Assembly (NCBI GenBank): GCA_051294375.1
Contig: CM119270.1
Location: forward strand, 4,146,301-4,210,300
Length of the DNA stretch: 64,000 bases
Direction: 5' to 3'
DNA from: Paraspadella gotoi
Lineage: Eukaryota > Animalia > Chaetognatha
In this document: piece by piece, positions 1 to 13,560 of the stretch
Layout: every line of letters starts with the position of its first letter
How positions within the stretch are numbered: position 1 is the first letter of the stretch
Program-made: the position numbers and the translations under genes
Notes under the pieces: generated by a model
Told to the model about the DNA's origin: nothing
Database searches by the model: none
Seen by the model: only the letters and a program-made list of their open reading frames with translations

Positions 1-150
1 AGTAAATTATTTTGGATCATACAAACATTTCAAACGATATCTACTCGACTTTCGATCTTATTCGTAATTTTAAAGCGGCAAATGAGATAAGACAAAAGCA
101 AGAGGGAGAAGCGAGTGAAAGAGCAAGATGAAGAATGAGTGCGAATGAGT

Positions 151-152
<2 letters not shown>

Positions 153-230
<78 letters not shown>
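153..230. repeat. (AG)n microsatellite, representative of many (1543, 1777, 4758, 10404, 14141, 18340, 49702, 57750); also (ATT)n 15418-15523, (AATC)n 17538-17660, (AGAT)n 61047-61114, (GCG)n 2965-3010
   Basis: Direct inspection. Confidence 0.98.
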
Positions 231-235
<5 letters not shown>

Positions 236-1539
236 TTTTTTATGCAGAATATTATTTTTCGGAATTCTTTTATGACTTTCCAAATTACGAGAGAAATAAA
301 AAGCCGAATGTGTTGAAGTTGTGATCCACGACGACGACGACGACGGCGACGATGACGACGCCTCGCCACCCATTCCTTCCATTATTTTTTTTTACAACGA
401 GGTGATTCACTTTTTCTGGTTTGACAACAACAACATTTTGTAAAGTTCATTACCATTACCGACGCCTTTTAGTTTAAAAAAAAGCAATAATTTTTTTTAC
501 ATTTTAAAAAGTTAATTATTCTGGGAATGACGACGTATTTGTTATTTTTAAACGCCCTCGATACAATAAATACAAATACAATACAATGTACGGTAATTTG
601 AAAATGTCCCTTTGTTGTCTGAAAATTTTTAAAAAATGCGTTTTCTCTCGCATTCTTTCTTTTTTCTCTCTTTAAAGTTGTCAATTTTCTTTCTTTATTC
701 TGTCGCCGTCGTTTCAGCTTAATTAAGCAATTTGCATATCAGGACGAGTTCCACGCCCCCCCCTCTTTCGACGCCATCGCACGCGAGTTGATTACGTGCG
801 AATGCGAGCGAATGCGTGCGAATTTGGAAACTCGGCTGTCGTCGTTAATAGAGGGGTAATATAGTTAGTTTGTAATATGTTTACCTAGCTTTGCTACATA
901 GATATGTTTTAGTCTAGGGTAGAAAAAATATTTATCAATGAAAATTGAATAATAAATAATTACAATGCAAACTCGTACTGGGGAGTTTGTCGTGCCTAGA
1001 AAATAAACATATAGATTCTTATGAATTAGTTTATAACTTTAAAAAATATTGTTTTTATTGATACCGTTGCTGTTTTCCTATTTAACAATTTTGCAAATAT
1101 CGTTTTTGTTATTAATTAAAAAAAAAGAAAATAAACACTATAGTAGAGAGAAAAACAAGTTTACATGAAAAGCAGATTTTAAATAATCGGGAGTTTAAAA
1201 TCGTGTAAAAACTGCAAAAATTCACAAATAGTGTTGTGATGTCATGAAAATATAGAATTAACATAGATGAGTTTATATTATTAACAAATATGTCAGTACT
1301 ACTCCAGCGAGAAACGGACACGACCAGACACTCCTTTGAGATACGAGGTTTTAATTGGATAAAGATAAAGCCTTCCTTTCCCTTGAGTAATGGCGAGGAG
1401 AGGGTGAGGTCATGTGAAACCCCACGCTTCCCATTTCCTCTTCACGTCCATGAAGCTCACGACATAAATGGAAAAGAAAGATTGCCGCTCTAAAATGTAA
1501 ACTGGCACAAAATGTGAAAATGCCTCGTGACAGAGGAAG

Positions 1540-1601
<62 letters not shown>

Positions 1602-1766
1602 CGTGCCCGAGCATAATCGCCACAAAGAAGCGGCATTTTCTTAAAAAGTTCAGAGTTTTAATTTAAACTTAGCTTAAACTAAAATCCTTCGTCAAAAAAT
1701 CAAAAATAATAAATAGAAAGTTTCGTTATCGCTGAGTTTAATCCCTCGATTCACCCGCGCGGCGGT

Positions 1767-1848
<82 letters not shown>

Positions 1849-2020
1849 GAGAAATGGATGAATTCACAAAAAGAAAATCGATAAACGCAACGGGGATGGA
1901 AATGAGACGAGACAAAGCGAGACGACATGAGAAAAAGACAAAAAAAAAATAAGACAAAAGAACACCGAAGAAGAAAAAGAAAAAAAAAGAAGAATAAAAC
2001 AGAAAAAGGGAGGGGAAAGG

Positions 2021-2305
2021 GCTCTCTTTTTCGAGAGTGCCCCATTGCTAGAATTACATTTTAACCTTAATATTTAACCTGATTATGTTTTTAAACTTAT
2101 TAACTAATCGATTACCCTAATAATTAACCCTAACCTTATCCTAATCCCTAACCCGAAACACCAGTCCTTAACCCTAATTAATAACCAAATCGCTAACCTT
2201 AATCACTAAACTAACGCCTTATCTAATCCTTAACCCTAACTTATAAACTAATCTTTAACTTAATTCCGAAATTAAGATAAAATGGGGCGTTCAGGGAAAA
2301 GAGAG
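2021..2305. mobile_element. MITE-like element with degenerate (TAACCC)n core
   Basis: Imperfect ~25-bp inverted ends CTCTCTTTTTCGAGAGTGCCCCATT / AATGGGGCGTTCAGGGAAAAGAGAG. Confidence 0.55.
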
Positions 2306-2963
2306 AAGACGGGAAGAGAAGAGAGACAAAAGGGAAATGCGAGGGAAAAAAAATGAGAATCCTATGGAGATAAATAGAATATAAGGAAAATAATGGGAAA
2401 AAATGCGAGAGAAAAGAAAAAAAAATGGGGAAAAGTCCCGAGAAGAAAATGGGAAGCCAGGGGGGGAAGGGAGAAAAGATGTGCTGCTTTATATCTTGGT
2501 TTAAAAATAGAAAATTTGGAGGCAGGATTATGAGTTTTCTGAGTTTAATTTTTCGGAAAGAATGTGAAAAACTTGTAGTTTTTATATGGAAGAAATAAAT
2601 TGTGGTTTAGTTACGAAAAGTTCTAGTAAGTCTAACGAAGAAAATGATTGAGGATTAAAATCGGTTTCGTTGCGAGAGGGCGTTGCGTTACGATATTTTT
2701 AGTATCTCGTTAAAACAGTTTTAACTTAATCTCGTTCTGGGACGAGTGATTTTAATTAATTTCATTTTTTGTCTTTTTGTTGTTTTTTTCTTGGCTTTGT
2801 TTTGCGCGACACCAGATGGAATTGAAGAGCAGAAGGCTCGGCGTCCGAAAAAAAACCAAAAAAAAAACAACAGAACAATGGAATCAAAGCGAAACGCAAC
2901 CAAAAAATAGAAAAAACAAAAGACAAAACGGGATAAGACTGGCGACATCTGACATTTGGGATC

Positions 2964-2994
<31 letters not shown>

Positions 2995-3400
2995 GCGGCG
3001 GCGGCAGCGGCCGTGATGCGAAAAGATTGGCGCCAAATTATATTAGCTTTTCTACAAAATGCTACTTGATGTAAGTTTGAAGTAAAGTTTCTACAAGTTT
3101 TGTTAACGAAAATAGAGTCATTCGTAAATAGATTGTTATATTCAATATGATTTAGATTTTTTTTTCCATTCGTTAAGGATCTCATTCAGTACAAAAACTA
3201 AATTGCACATCATTCATAGCGGTGCCTGCGGTTCCTTATTTTTCTCCCGCGGCTTTTGCCCAAAAAAACAAATACGGCTTGCCGTATCATATTATGAATG
3301 TCTGCGGTTAATTATTCATTAAAATAAATTAGTCGAAGCGATTTTAGAATTATAAAAAGGGAAATTCGATCGAGAGAAAGTTGAGAGGATTTGAAAAGAG

Positions 3401-4754
3401 ATGATGTCGTCGTCGTTGTCAAGGATTTCGTTTTTCCTTTTCTTGATCTCAAGTTGCGCCAACCCAAAGCCGAGTTACAGGGACATCGTTCTTCTAGAGG
3501 TGCTACTATTTCGCGATGATAATCCCCCGAGGTCCAACTTCTTAAAACTTACTAAAACCGAGCATTTCTACGCGCTTACTTCTTTAACAAAGTCGTTTGT
3601 ATTTTCATTTAATATTGTGCTTCATTGACCAAAACAATTTCCCTTTCTATCTTAAGCTTTTATCGTGTAATGTTTCGTGTCAAATTTACTTGTCCCGACC
3701 AGCCGACTCCCTTAACGGAAACTCCTTCAAGATGGCGTCTACTCGGTCCTTCATCACCGGAAGATAAGGTCAAACTTATCTTTGCTCTAAAACAACGCAA
3801 TGTGGATAAGTTGGAGGAAACTCTTTACAAGGTTTATTTCAGATCTGTAAATTGAATATTGATGATATTTTTAAGGGGATATTTGATAATATTTAAACCA
3901 TTAAATTTTGAATTTTGAATTTTGCCCGTGCAAAGTCAATAAAGTTTAAAAAATAAATAGGTCCTTTTATGTTGATTTTATTTTATTTATAGTCAACATC
4001 ATATTCTAGCTTCTAGTAGACTTGGTTTTCATAATACTTTTATGTAGATTTCGGATCCGGACTCGCCCTCCTATGGCGATCACCTGTCCAACGTCCAATT
4101 AAAAGACTTGGTGAATCCAAGCGAAGAGACATGCAAGGCCGTGATTGGCTGGCTGAGAGCCAATGAGATTGAAGGATGCGACGAAGTTATGACTGGTGAT
4201 TTTTTGGTCTGCGCCACCGACGTGAGACGAGCTGAGCGGCTATTGCCCGGGGCAAAGTTTCTCAGGTTCTTTGAAACCTTAATTTAATATAAATTAAAAA
4301 TAAATGTGAGATAAAAATATTATATTTAGAGTGCTGAAAAATTATATTTAATTCAGATTTAAAACATTAAAAACATTTTTTAGCATATAAAATTTTTAAA
4401 ATAAAAAAATTTAAAAACAGATTTGAATTATTTGAAAAAAAAAAGTTTGTAAGTAGGATTTATTCGTAAAAACTTTATTAAATTAGTCCAAAGGTTTTTA
4501 AAGTGTCATACAAATTTTTTTTAAATAGTTTTTTATTGACATTGTTGGTGTCGTTATCCATCTGCAGATTCTCAAAACCAAGTGGCGCCACCTTTCCAAT
4601 CTCTCTCCGTCCATACGGCGTCCCGGCGTCGATCGCGCCGCATCTAGATTTCATTGGCGGCGTCAACTTTTTTGGAGGAGAAAGTCGGGAGAGTCGCGTT
4701 CGGACTCATCGAACTTCCGATCCTCCTGCTCGAGATCCTTTGACTCTACGAAAA

Positions 4755-4834
<80 letters not shown>

Positions 4835-7800
4835 TTCAAAATAACAAATTTGAATGTTTTGGAATCACAATGATCTAAATAAAGTAATTATTAGTAATAC
4901 ATAATTCAGACGTTCGAAAAGTCATTTCAGATGAAAAAACAACTCCAAACCAATTGCTTAAATATGTAAAATTATTTTCAAAGCCATCTTTCTCCACCAA
5001 GGCATATATGAAAACTGATCGATATGAAAATTTATACTTAAGATTGAAAAACAAAATCTCAGAGGGTTTGGAAATGGCACATTTTTTTTACTGACGCAAT
5101 TTTAGTCGATACATTAATGTTTGGTCCAAAAGGTACAAACTGGATCCCAAGGACGTCGGAAGTTATCCGGGCAACAGTCAGATGAATGCGCAGTTTCAAG
5201 GCGAGGGCTTTTCTCAAAAAGATCTGGCGATTTTTATGAAAACTTTGGTGGGCGACAGTTTCGTTCACAGAAGCAAAGTGGACCACGTGGTGGGAAAGAA
5301 CGACCCTATGGTGAGACAAAAGGAGTTTCAAAAGAGTTTCCTCCAGTTTATTAAGTTAGGCGTAAAATCAATAAACGAGATTAAATATATTTTTTTTTGT
5401 CAGGAAGACGAGCTTGAAGGTAACTTGGATGTGCAGTATGAGATGTCGACTGGAGCAAACATCTCAACATGGGTTTGGTTGGAAAGTGGAGAGTTTCAAT
5501 CAGGAATGCTCGAATGGATCATAGGAATGTCCAACGCAACCGACATTCCGCCAGTTTGCTCCGTTTCTTGGGGGTAAGAAATTTGATGTTGAACGATCGA
5601 TAAATGATGCTTTTTTTTGGTTAGTTTGTTTTATTTTGTTTCTTTTGTTATTTTTATAAAGTATTCAATCGAGATGGGATGGTTAATATGTAATACGTAG
5701 AATTCGTAGAATTTGTAGAATGTTGCTGCAGCCCGATTCAAAGTCTTGGAATGAATAGAAAAGGCCCAAATTTCCTTCATTTCGTTTCAACTTTTTCAAA
5801 ATAAAATTTTTTTTAAATCTTTTTTTTTTAAGGGGACATGAGAAATATTTTTCTCCATCTTTTTTAAATCGTATGAACATGGAATTCGCAAAAGCTGGGT
5901 CAAAAGGAATATCCATCTTATTCGCATCAGGTCAAATGGTAGTAGATAAAAAAAAAAGCAACATACATATATATAGTTGCAGGAAGTTTAAAAATACATA
6001 GTGATAATCGGAAAACGGGAATAAAATGCATCTCTAATATGATTTTCATACCCAAATCATCTTAGGCGACAATGGTGCGGTAGGAAGTGAACAAGGATAC
6101 TCTCCCGATGGACAGAGTTTTGTCCAACCGAAGCAAGATTTTAAATACTCTCCTAATTTTCCAGCTTCGTCGCCTTTTGTAACGACTATAGGTGGGACAG
6201 ACCCCATTGAACGAGGTAACTTCGATAGGTAACACCCATATAATGTCCGATGTCAAAAATGCAAAACGTGTCCCTTTACTTTCCTCAATTTTTAAAATTT
6301 AAAATTTAATACATTTTTTAAATCTTTAATTCTTTACTTAGGAAAATATTTGTTTTTTCTCTTATTTTATTATTTCAGAGGAACCGGCTGTTCCTTGGGC
6401 AGGTGGTGGATTTTCCAACCACTTTTCCAGACCCAAATATCAAGTTGAGGCCGTTGAGCACTTTTTGTCGACGGCTGGTTCAAAGTTGCCGCCAGCAGAG
6501 TACTTCAACTCCTCTGGACGAGCGTATCCGGATTTGACAGCTGCCGCCACTAATTACTTAATATATATTCACCGGGAAGAAAATAATGCTTTTGGTAACC
6601 CTCGTCACAAAGTATTAAGTCGTTGACTTAATTTATATTAACTACTTAAAAAAGTCAGACACAGACGAAGATTAAATATAGAGAAAATATGTAGTTTTTA
6701 GTCCTTGACTTGAGATTACGCGTTTGAGGTTGAAACGGTTGAAGTTTTTATTAATTTTTTATTAATTTATTTCCGACACTAAGAAAATAGTTAGAATGTC
6801 TGTCTGTCCGTCTGCCCGTCGGTCTGTCTCACTTATTTTAATGCTCATAACTCAGAAATTTAATTCACATTTAGTAAATTAGTATAAATATAAGGCACTA
6901 TGAGATCTTTAACGTGTATATATGTATTGTATATGTATTAGTTACGTGATCTCCATAAAAAAGCAATCACATGACCCTGAATTCATTGCGCCATAACCCA
7001 TGAGATAGGCAGACTAGTAAGGTATCAATAATTGATTCTTGTGCAATGTGCGTGTGTTTCACTTGATCGCCCAGAACTACAGTCATGTGATAGTAAAGTA
7101 AAAGCGGGATATTTCAAACAGTATTTGGCTCTTTTAGTTGAAACTGCAGATAAGTTATCAACCATAGGACTATGGTGGACTAAAATACACCAACCGTTCA
7201 TCATTGGTGCCGGAGGCAAGGCATTTGCCTCCCAACCCAAAGGTCCGGGGTTCTAGCTCGGTGGTCGCCTAGCAGTTAAGAAGGACGGGGCGCTTAACCC
7301 GCCTGTAACACAGTGTTACAGCCTGATCCAAAGCTCAGGGACTGCTTATATTGAACGGTTCTTCACTAACACATAACAATCATTACTGTCTCTTCATTGG
7401 TGAGCCCGACTTCCGAACACAACAGCAACAACAACACTTTCAGGCGACATGCCTCAACCTGGCTATGCACTTTCCGCCAACAACACATCAGGCGACATGC
7501 CTCAACTTGGTGACGAACTTTCCACCAACAATAACAATTCACTGAAGAGATGCAACAGACATCTCCCTACGGTAGGGGGGGACATTTGGTGGACTAAAAT
7601 CCACCAACCGTTCATCAGCGGCCATTGGTGCCGGAGGCAAGACACTCGCCTCCCAACCCAAAGGTCCGGAGTTCACCCGGAAATTCATGTGATAAGAAAA
7701 TTACTACGGTGCAACACATTAGAATTACATAGAAACAAGAATTGCTTCAGCTTAGATACAAGCCTTCATCAGCGCGAATAACGTTAAGAAAAATTAAATG

Positions 7801-8264
7801 TAAAAGAAAGAGAGAGAGAGAAAGTGGGTGAGTGAGAGAGAGCAAGAGAGAGTGAGAGAGAGAAAGAGAGAGCGACAGAAATAACTGCTCAGCTCAACAA
7901 TTGTTTTCAGGAACTTCTTGTTCCGCTCCACTATGGGGAGGCATCATAGCTCTTATCAACGACGTCAGACTCAGAAATGGCAAAAAGGTTTTAGGTACCT
8001 TTTATCATAAGCTACTGCGATTATGATTACACTGATAATTCCATATCATTTACATCTTTTTTTCATCGTTTCACAGGATTTTTGAATCCAATGATCTACT
8101 CAAAGCTGACCCAACAAGGATCTGGCTTAGATGACGTCACTCAGGGATACATCACCGGTTTGACAAGTCATGATGGATTTTATGCCCAAAAGGGTTGGGA
8201 CCCCGCATCGGGTTGGGGCGCGCCAGATTATCAGAAACTTGTCAAGACTTTGCTCGCTCTTTGA
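3401..8264 (+). CDS. TPP1: Tripeptidyl-peptidase I-like (S53 sedolisin) preproprotein, 11 exons: ~3401-3499, 3703-3831, 4048-4265, 4568-4756, 5133-5310, 5404-5573, 5833-5930, 6066-6215, 6379-6594, 7911-7994, 8076-8264
   Basis: Hand-spliced at GT-AG sites. Signal peptide; prodomain FALKQRNVDKLE..ISDPDSPSYG..PHLDFIGG; catalytic EGNLD, oxyanion SGDNG, RAYPD, nucleophile GTSCSAP, Ca-binding GWDPASGWG. Some exon edges may be off by a few bases. Confidence 0.93.
7171..7680 (+). mobile_element. Miniature non-autonomous LTR retrotransposon (TRIM) with tRNA-derived sequence in its LTRs: 5' LTR 7171-7396, PBS 7398-7410, internal 7411-7573, PPT 7574-7582, truncated 3' LTR 7585-7680
   Basis: Direct repeats. 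The LTR ends in CA and is followed by TGGTGAGCCCGAC (12/13 match to the complement of the animal tRNA-Trp 3' end); AGGGGGGGA lies just before the second repeat; tRNA-Gly-like segment with acceptor GCGGCCA/TGGTCGC and A/B boxes. Confidence 0.85.
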
Positions 8265-9038
8265 AAGTTGTAAGAGGGAAGGAAATAAGTCTGAAGAAGC
8301 ACAGGAAATGGTTTTTATTTGATAAAACAATAGAACAATTATAATTTTGCTAATTTATAAAATTTAGAAGCCGGATTGAGCTATGATTGCTTTTTTTTTT
8401 TAATAAATTTGTCGCAAGAATGGTTTGATCATTATTCGATGGATAGGAGTTAGGAGCGAGTTATAGTCAATCGGATTTTTGAAGAGTCTAAAATTATATT
8501 ACGAAGAAACTCTAAAGAAAATTGTTCTTTCTGACAATTCATATTATTACTTATCAAGCCTATACCGTATAAGACTACCCCTTAGTATTTACATCAGTTC
8601 CAATTATTCCTTTAAAGAATTCAAATGTTACCAAAGTTCAATACTGTTAATTTTTTTTTTTTTAACGATCGGACAGCGAGAACAAAAAATCTAAGATGCC
8701 TCTCTTAAAATGTTGGGCTTCGTTTTTAAGTCGGAGCTGAGGCGATTGCCTCGTGGATTTGACAATGGAGTCGCAAGTATTTGATACTGTATTGATACAA
8801 CCAATATAAATTTGTTTATTCATTCAATATTCAATAATGATAGAGCAAGTGCCTGCATGCTTTCAATCAANNNNNNNNNNTAATCTAGTATATTAACTTC
8901 CTGAGTTGATGAGAAGTAATAGTTTAAAATTGTTTTAAAATGACAAAAGGACCATTACTATCTTGTAACATGTAACATGTAACATCTTGTAACATGTAAC
9001 GAATTTGAATCAACAGAACAAATCTTCAAATCACTCAG

Positions 9039-9942
9039 ATCATTTCGCCGATCAAAATCCACACAGGACGGCGCTTTTGCCACTACAAAACCTTGGGCTT
9101 GAGCCGCTCCGCCAATTCTAAAGAAATCAAAGCCGCCTACTTTAAAATGGTCAAGTCTTGCCACCCGGATGTGAGTTCAGACCCGAATGCGAGCTCGCGA
9201 TTCCGGCTCTTGAAGGAAGCTTACGAGACGCTGGGCGACGAATCGAAGAGAAAGAAATACGATTGGTCGTTGAAAAGTGAGACGAAATTGAAAGTAAACG
9301 CTGATTGGTTCTTATCATTTCAAGAACCGCAGTATTTTCTTTTATTTAAGGTTGTTTGCGGTTTTAGAGTTTAAAATTTTAAATTAAGAAGTTTTGTTGA
9401 GGTTTTGTATTTTAAAAGTTTGAAAGTTTTAAGTTTTATATCAATAGTTTCAAAGTTTCATAGTTTCAAGTTTAGTTTTATTGTTTAATAGTTTATTGTT
9501 TTTCGAACTTTTTTTTTAGGTAATTAGTATACTTTTGTGTGACAATTCAATGAGAATTCACTCCCTTATTATTTTTGTCAAGTGTTAAATATTATCCCAA
9601 ATCTCCCATCCTTGAGATTCGTACCCCGGCCAAGAAGAATGGCTCGGCCGCGAAGGCGACGCCGGCCACCCGCGCCATACCGGCCATCACGACCCATTCG
9701 TTGGCCGCCCGGACTCCTTCGCCGGGCACCAAGGGTCGGACCCATTCTGCGACCAAAGTGGCAAGAGTCGATTCGACGGTCGAGTCCCTTCCATCGAAGA
9801 ATTTGTTCGATCCGAGTTGAAAGAGATCGTCTACATAGTCGTCGCTTTGTCATCAGTGACTTTGGTTTATTGCGGATTCGTCCTCGCCATCGATAAAATC
9901 TGCAAGAAATTGCACAAAGAGAATCCCAAACGCGGCGATTGA
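9039..9942 (+). CDS. DnaJ/J-domain protein with C-terminal transmembrane helix (DNAJC4/DNAJC30-like architecture); exons ~9039-9276 and 9617-9942; possible first exon from ATG 8710, unresolved across the N gap
   Basis: HYKTLGLSRSANSKEIKAAYFKMVKSCHPD..FRLLKEAYETLGDESKRKKYD J-domain. Last exon, in a frame not on the ORF track, encodes IVYIVVALSSVTLVYCGFVLAI then TGA at 9940-9942. The acceptor is an uncommon GAG. Confidence 0.75.
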
Positions 9943-10400
9943 TGTCCGACGCAAAAAGGGATGCGAGGAAGAAATGAATAAATAGCTAATACAAATTCTA
10001 TCGGTTAAAGAATCTCTCGGATAAATTAAAAATAAATAAAGTAAGCACTTCGGAAAAAGAGTTTGTTTTTTGCCATTTGACGCATACCAATCGATATTTT
10101 TTTAATTTTTATCACTTATAATTATAAATCATAAACTAAAGCATGTCGCGTAACTTAAATCATTCCTCGGTTAAAGCGAAGAATATTTGAAATAATAACA
10201 TCCGTTAAAACCACCTCAGGCTTTAAAAAATCGTGAAATAGAAAAAATTATAAAGCTAAAATATTTTCTACTCTAGCCGTAGTAGTTTTCATAATCACCG
10301 TCATTGCTATCGTCGTCGTTGTCGTCTTTTTCGTCGTCGTCCTCATAGATTTTCAATACGACCTTTCGACCGGGACGTAAATTGAGATGCCATGTTTTTA

Positions 10401-10496
<96 letters not shown>

Positions 10497-10714
10497 TTCT
10501 TCTCGCTCAGCGACTAAAAGGGGCGTTTTTCCCTCCCAGTTGTTAAAAGCCCAGTCGAGAGTTTTTAATGTTTAACCAACAAATTTATGGACGAAAGACT
10601 TGAAAGGAAAAGGGAGATTTTCCTTTCTCCTTTTTTTATTTCTCTTTTTATTTCTTTGTATGAAGAGGAAAACAAAAATCAGTCAAACTGAGAGACCGAT
10701 TAACATTTAAATAT

Positions 10715-10926
10715 TATGCCACTTCACTGATGTTGAAGCCAGGTATTCTGGGCTTAAATAAACGAGACTGAGAGATTTGATTGAAAGCTTGCAGGGACCT
10801 GCTATGTCATTATCTTGTAAGAGTGATGGAGTCCTTAAACCACCAAACCATGTCCAAAGTCAGGGGCAAGATAGCTTATTTTTTAAATTAATGGATAATT
10901 TTTATATTGGTTGTACCAATTTCATA
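10715..10926. repeat. Unclassified dispersed repeat ending TTGGTTGTACCAATTTCATA
   Basis: Fragments at 13505-13530 and 17134-17190; inverted copies at ~28880-29075, ~33975-34190 and ~41803-42010. Confidence 0.75.
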
Positions 10927-10971
10927 GTACATTGAAGATTCTTCTACTCGGGAGAGAGATAATAAAAAAGA

Positions 10972-11002
<31 letters not shown>

Positions 11003-11163
11003 TATATATATATTATATTATATATAATTACAAATTGATTTTGTTTGTTTGTTTGTCAACAAAAAGCCTAACAATCGATATTATTATTTTGAAAATAAAA
11101 CCAAAATTGAAAGGAAATAGTCAAGTGCGACTTCAAATTTCTTCTTTTTCTCGTTTTTATCCT

Positions 11164-11194
<31 letters not shown>

Positions 11195-13292
11195 ACATCA
11201 ACATCATCGCCTCGATCCTCGTGATTGCCTCCACAACCAGGCTACGCCCACAAATCCGGAGGCGTCTTCCTCTCCACGCGTCGCCAGGATTTATTTCCGC
11301 GTCGCCAGAGACAAATTCCCCGAGAAACCAATTTCCTGCTCCTCCTCCTCCTCCTCCTCTTCCTCCTCCTCCTCTCCCTCCTTTTTCTTCCTTTCATTTT
11401 ATTACTCCACTTTCGTACTCCCGACTTTTAATTGTCCCGTCTCTGCTTTCGCTTCCTCTTCCTTCTTCCTCCTCTTCTTTCTCTTTCTCCTCCAACATAC
11501 TCCTTTCTGCCTCCTTTTCGCTTTACTAACTTTTCTCCTCCTCCTCTTCCTCCACCTCCTCCTCTTCCTCCATTCTTTTCATTATCACCTTCTGTCGGAC
11601 TTTTCTTTTTTTTTATCTTCGTCGGAGGAAGCCAATCCTCCTTCGCAGGTGGAATCTTTTTTTTTTTTTACTCTTTCCCTTATTTTTCTATTTTTATTCG
11701 TAGCTCGTTTTCGATTTTAATTTTTTCTTTCTTGTCTCTCTCCTTATGTTTTACTTTAATAATTATTTTATTCTTTAGTTATCACCTTCTATTGAAAAAA
11801 TGTATTCATATACAACATCTTTTTTTCTCGTTTCTCTTTATTTATCTTCTTTCTACCTTTTTCTTTCCTCTTTTTCTCTTTCCTCTTTCCTTTTTCTTTC
11901 TTCTTTATCCTTCCCCCTTTCTCCTTATCTCTTTTCTTTTTCCTCGCTTTCGCTTGTACATTCCTCCTTTCCTCTCTTTTCTTTCTCTCCGAATCGCGAT
12001 CCTCTTTCCTTTCTTTTCTTTCCTTTTTCATCTTTCCTCCCTTTTCTTTCTCCCTTATCTCCTTTCTTTTTCCTCCACCGACCGCGAAGTCGGAAGATGC
12101 TCAAACTCTTCGTCTCAAATGACTTTCATCACCGAAGACATTAACGTGAGAAGGCGCCTTAGGGTAGGGGTGAAGCAAGCAGAGGGTGAAGTAAGCAGAG
12201 ATTTGGGTTTTACAAGCAGAGAAGTAGGGTTTCGGAAGCGGGAGGGGCTGATGGTGATGCATAGGAAACGACACAGAAAAGGAGAAAAATGAATAGACAC
12301 ATTAGAGGATTTGCATGAGAAAAGCAGAAGAGTAGGGTAAAGAAAGCAGAGGAATCTAATGACAAAAGCAATCACTCAGGTGTGAGGAAAGCACGGGGGT
12401 TGCGTGAGGAAAGCAGTGGAGTGAGGGTGGAAGTAGGTGGGAGTGAGAGAGGCAATGAAGTGGGGAAACGTAGTCACTGACTACTAGACTACTAGTCAGA
12501 TAATTAAGATCTGAACGAAAATTGGGAGAAAAAAATTCGGTCTGAGTCTGAAACGAGTAGAAAAAAAAAGTTATTAAAAAGTTGAACGAAGACAAAGAGG
12601 CCGTTAGGTGAGTTTCGAAATGTGAATGTTCCGAAAGATGGCGCGACTGCTCCAGAAAGAAAAAAAAGGGAAATCAAGGCAAAAAAGGTAATTTAAGTAT
12701 TCGGCGAAAGCAGAAATTAAAAAAACAAATGAATAGTTGAATAGTGAATTTTACTCTTTTGTTCTTATATTTTAATTTTACTCGTTTTCTTTTCTTTCTA
12801 TTTTTTTTTTTTTTTATCAATTTGTCCTTTTTTTTCTATCCTCTTCCGTAATAGAACTTCATAGGCCTTTTCTTCGTTCTTTCTTTTTTGTCTTTTTCTC
12901 TTTTTTTCTTCTTCCCTTTTCTATTTCCTTGTCTCCTTTTTATTCTCATCTCTCCTTCTCTAATTTCCTCTTCTTTTCCCTCCAATTTCCTCGCAAGAAA
13001 CTGCGAAAGGAAAAAGAAAAAAATCGATCGAGAGAAAAAAAAAACCCCAGTTTGACAGAAAAACCGATCGAAATGCCGATCGAATCGGTCGTCGTCGTCG
13101 TCGTTGTTCCTTCGTTTTTCCCTTTTCGAAAATCGTCGATCTTTATTTTCCCGCGTTGACAGAAAAGTCTGAGGCGTCACGAGGTCAGAGCAAGGGCGAC
13201 CTTCTATCGAAAACCTTTTGAGTCTCATCCATCGATCAGAGTGGAACGCTTCACAGCCAGACGCGCTTTTATAAACACTGAAGTCTATTCGT

Positions 13293-13560
13293 TTGAGCAC
13301 TATTTTCCTAAAGAGCCCCATTTCTCTTGTTAATCTCAGTACTTTAATCGCTAACCTTAATTTTTTTTAATGAGTTTAATCAAATCTTTAACCCTGATCC
13401 CTAATCTTATCTTTGATTAAAATCCTTAATCCGTAATCCATAACTTTATATCTCACTTTATATCTTAAACCTGAACCCTAATCATTAACCATAACATAAC
13501 TTTGTATATTGGTTGTACCAATTTCATATCCTTAAGAAGATCCTTAGCTAATCTAATATT
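13293..13560. mobile_element. Partial copy of the telomere-repeat-core MITE
   Basis: GCACTATTTTCCTAAAGAGCCCC end followed by degenerate TAACCC/TAATCC repeats. Confidence 0.5.

Noticed and set aside
41-2045. ORFs rich in SLSLSL/ERERER (also at 10.4, 13.8-14.3, 18.3, 43.6, 49.7, 53.3 and 57.6-58.1 kb)
   Set aside because: Translations of (AG)n microsatellites.
7541-7566. CTGAAGA + hairpin as a hammerhead in the TRIM interior
   Set aside because: No GAAA after stem II.
11035-12600. Long low-complexity ORFs, and a Glu-rich minus frame with in-frame TAG/TAA/TGA suggesting stop reassignment
   Set aside because: Purine/pyrimidine-skewed sequence without domains; real genes in the window terminate at TAG and TGA.
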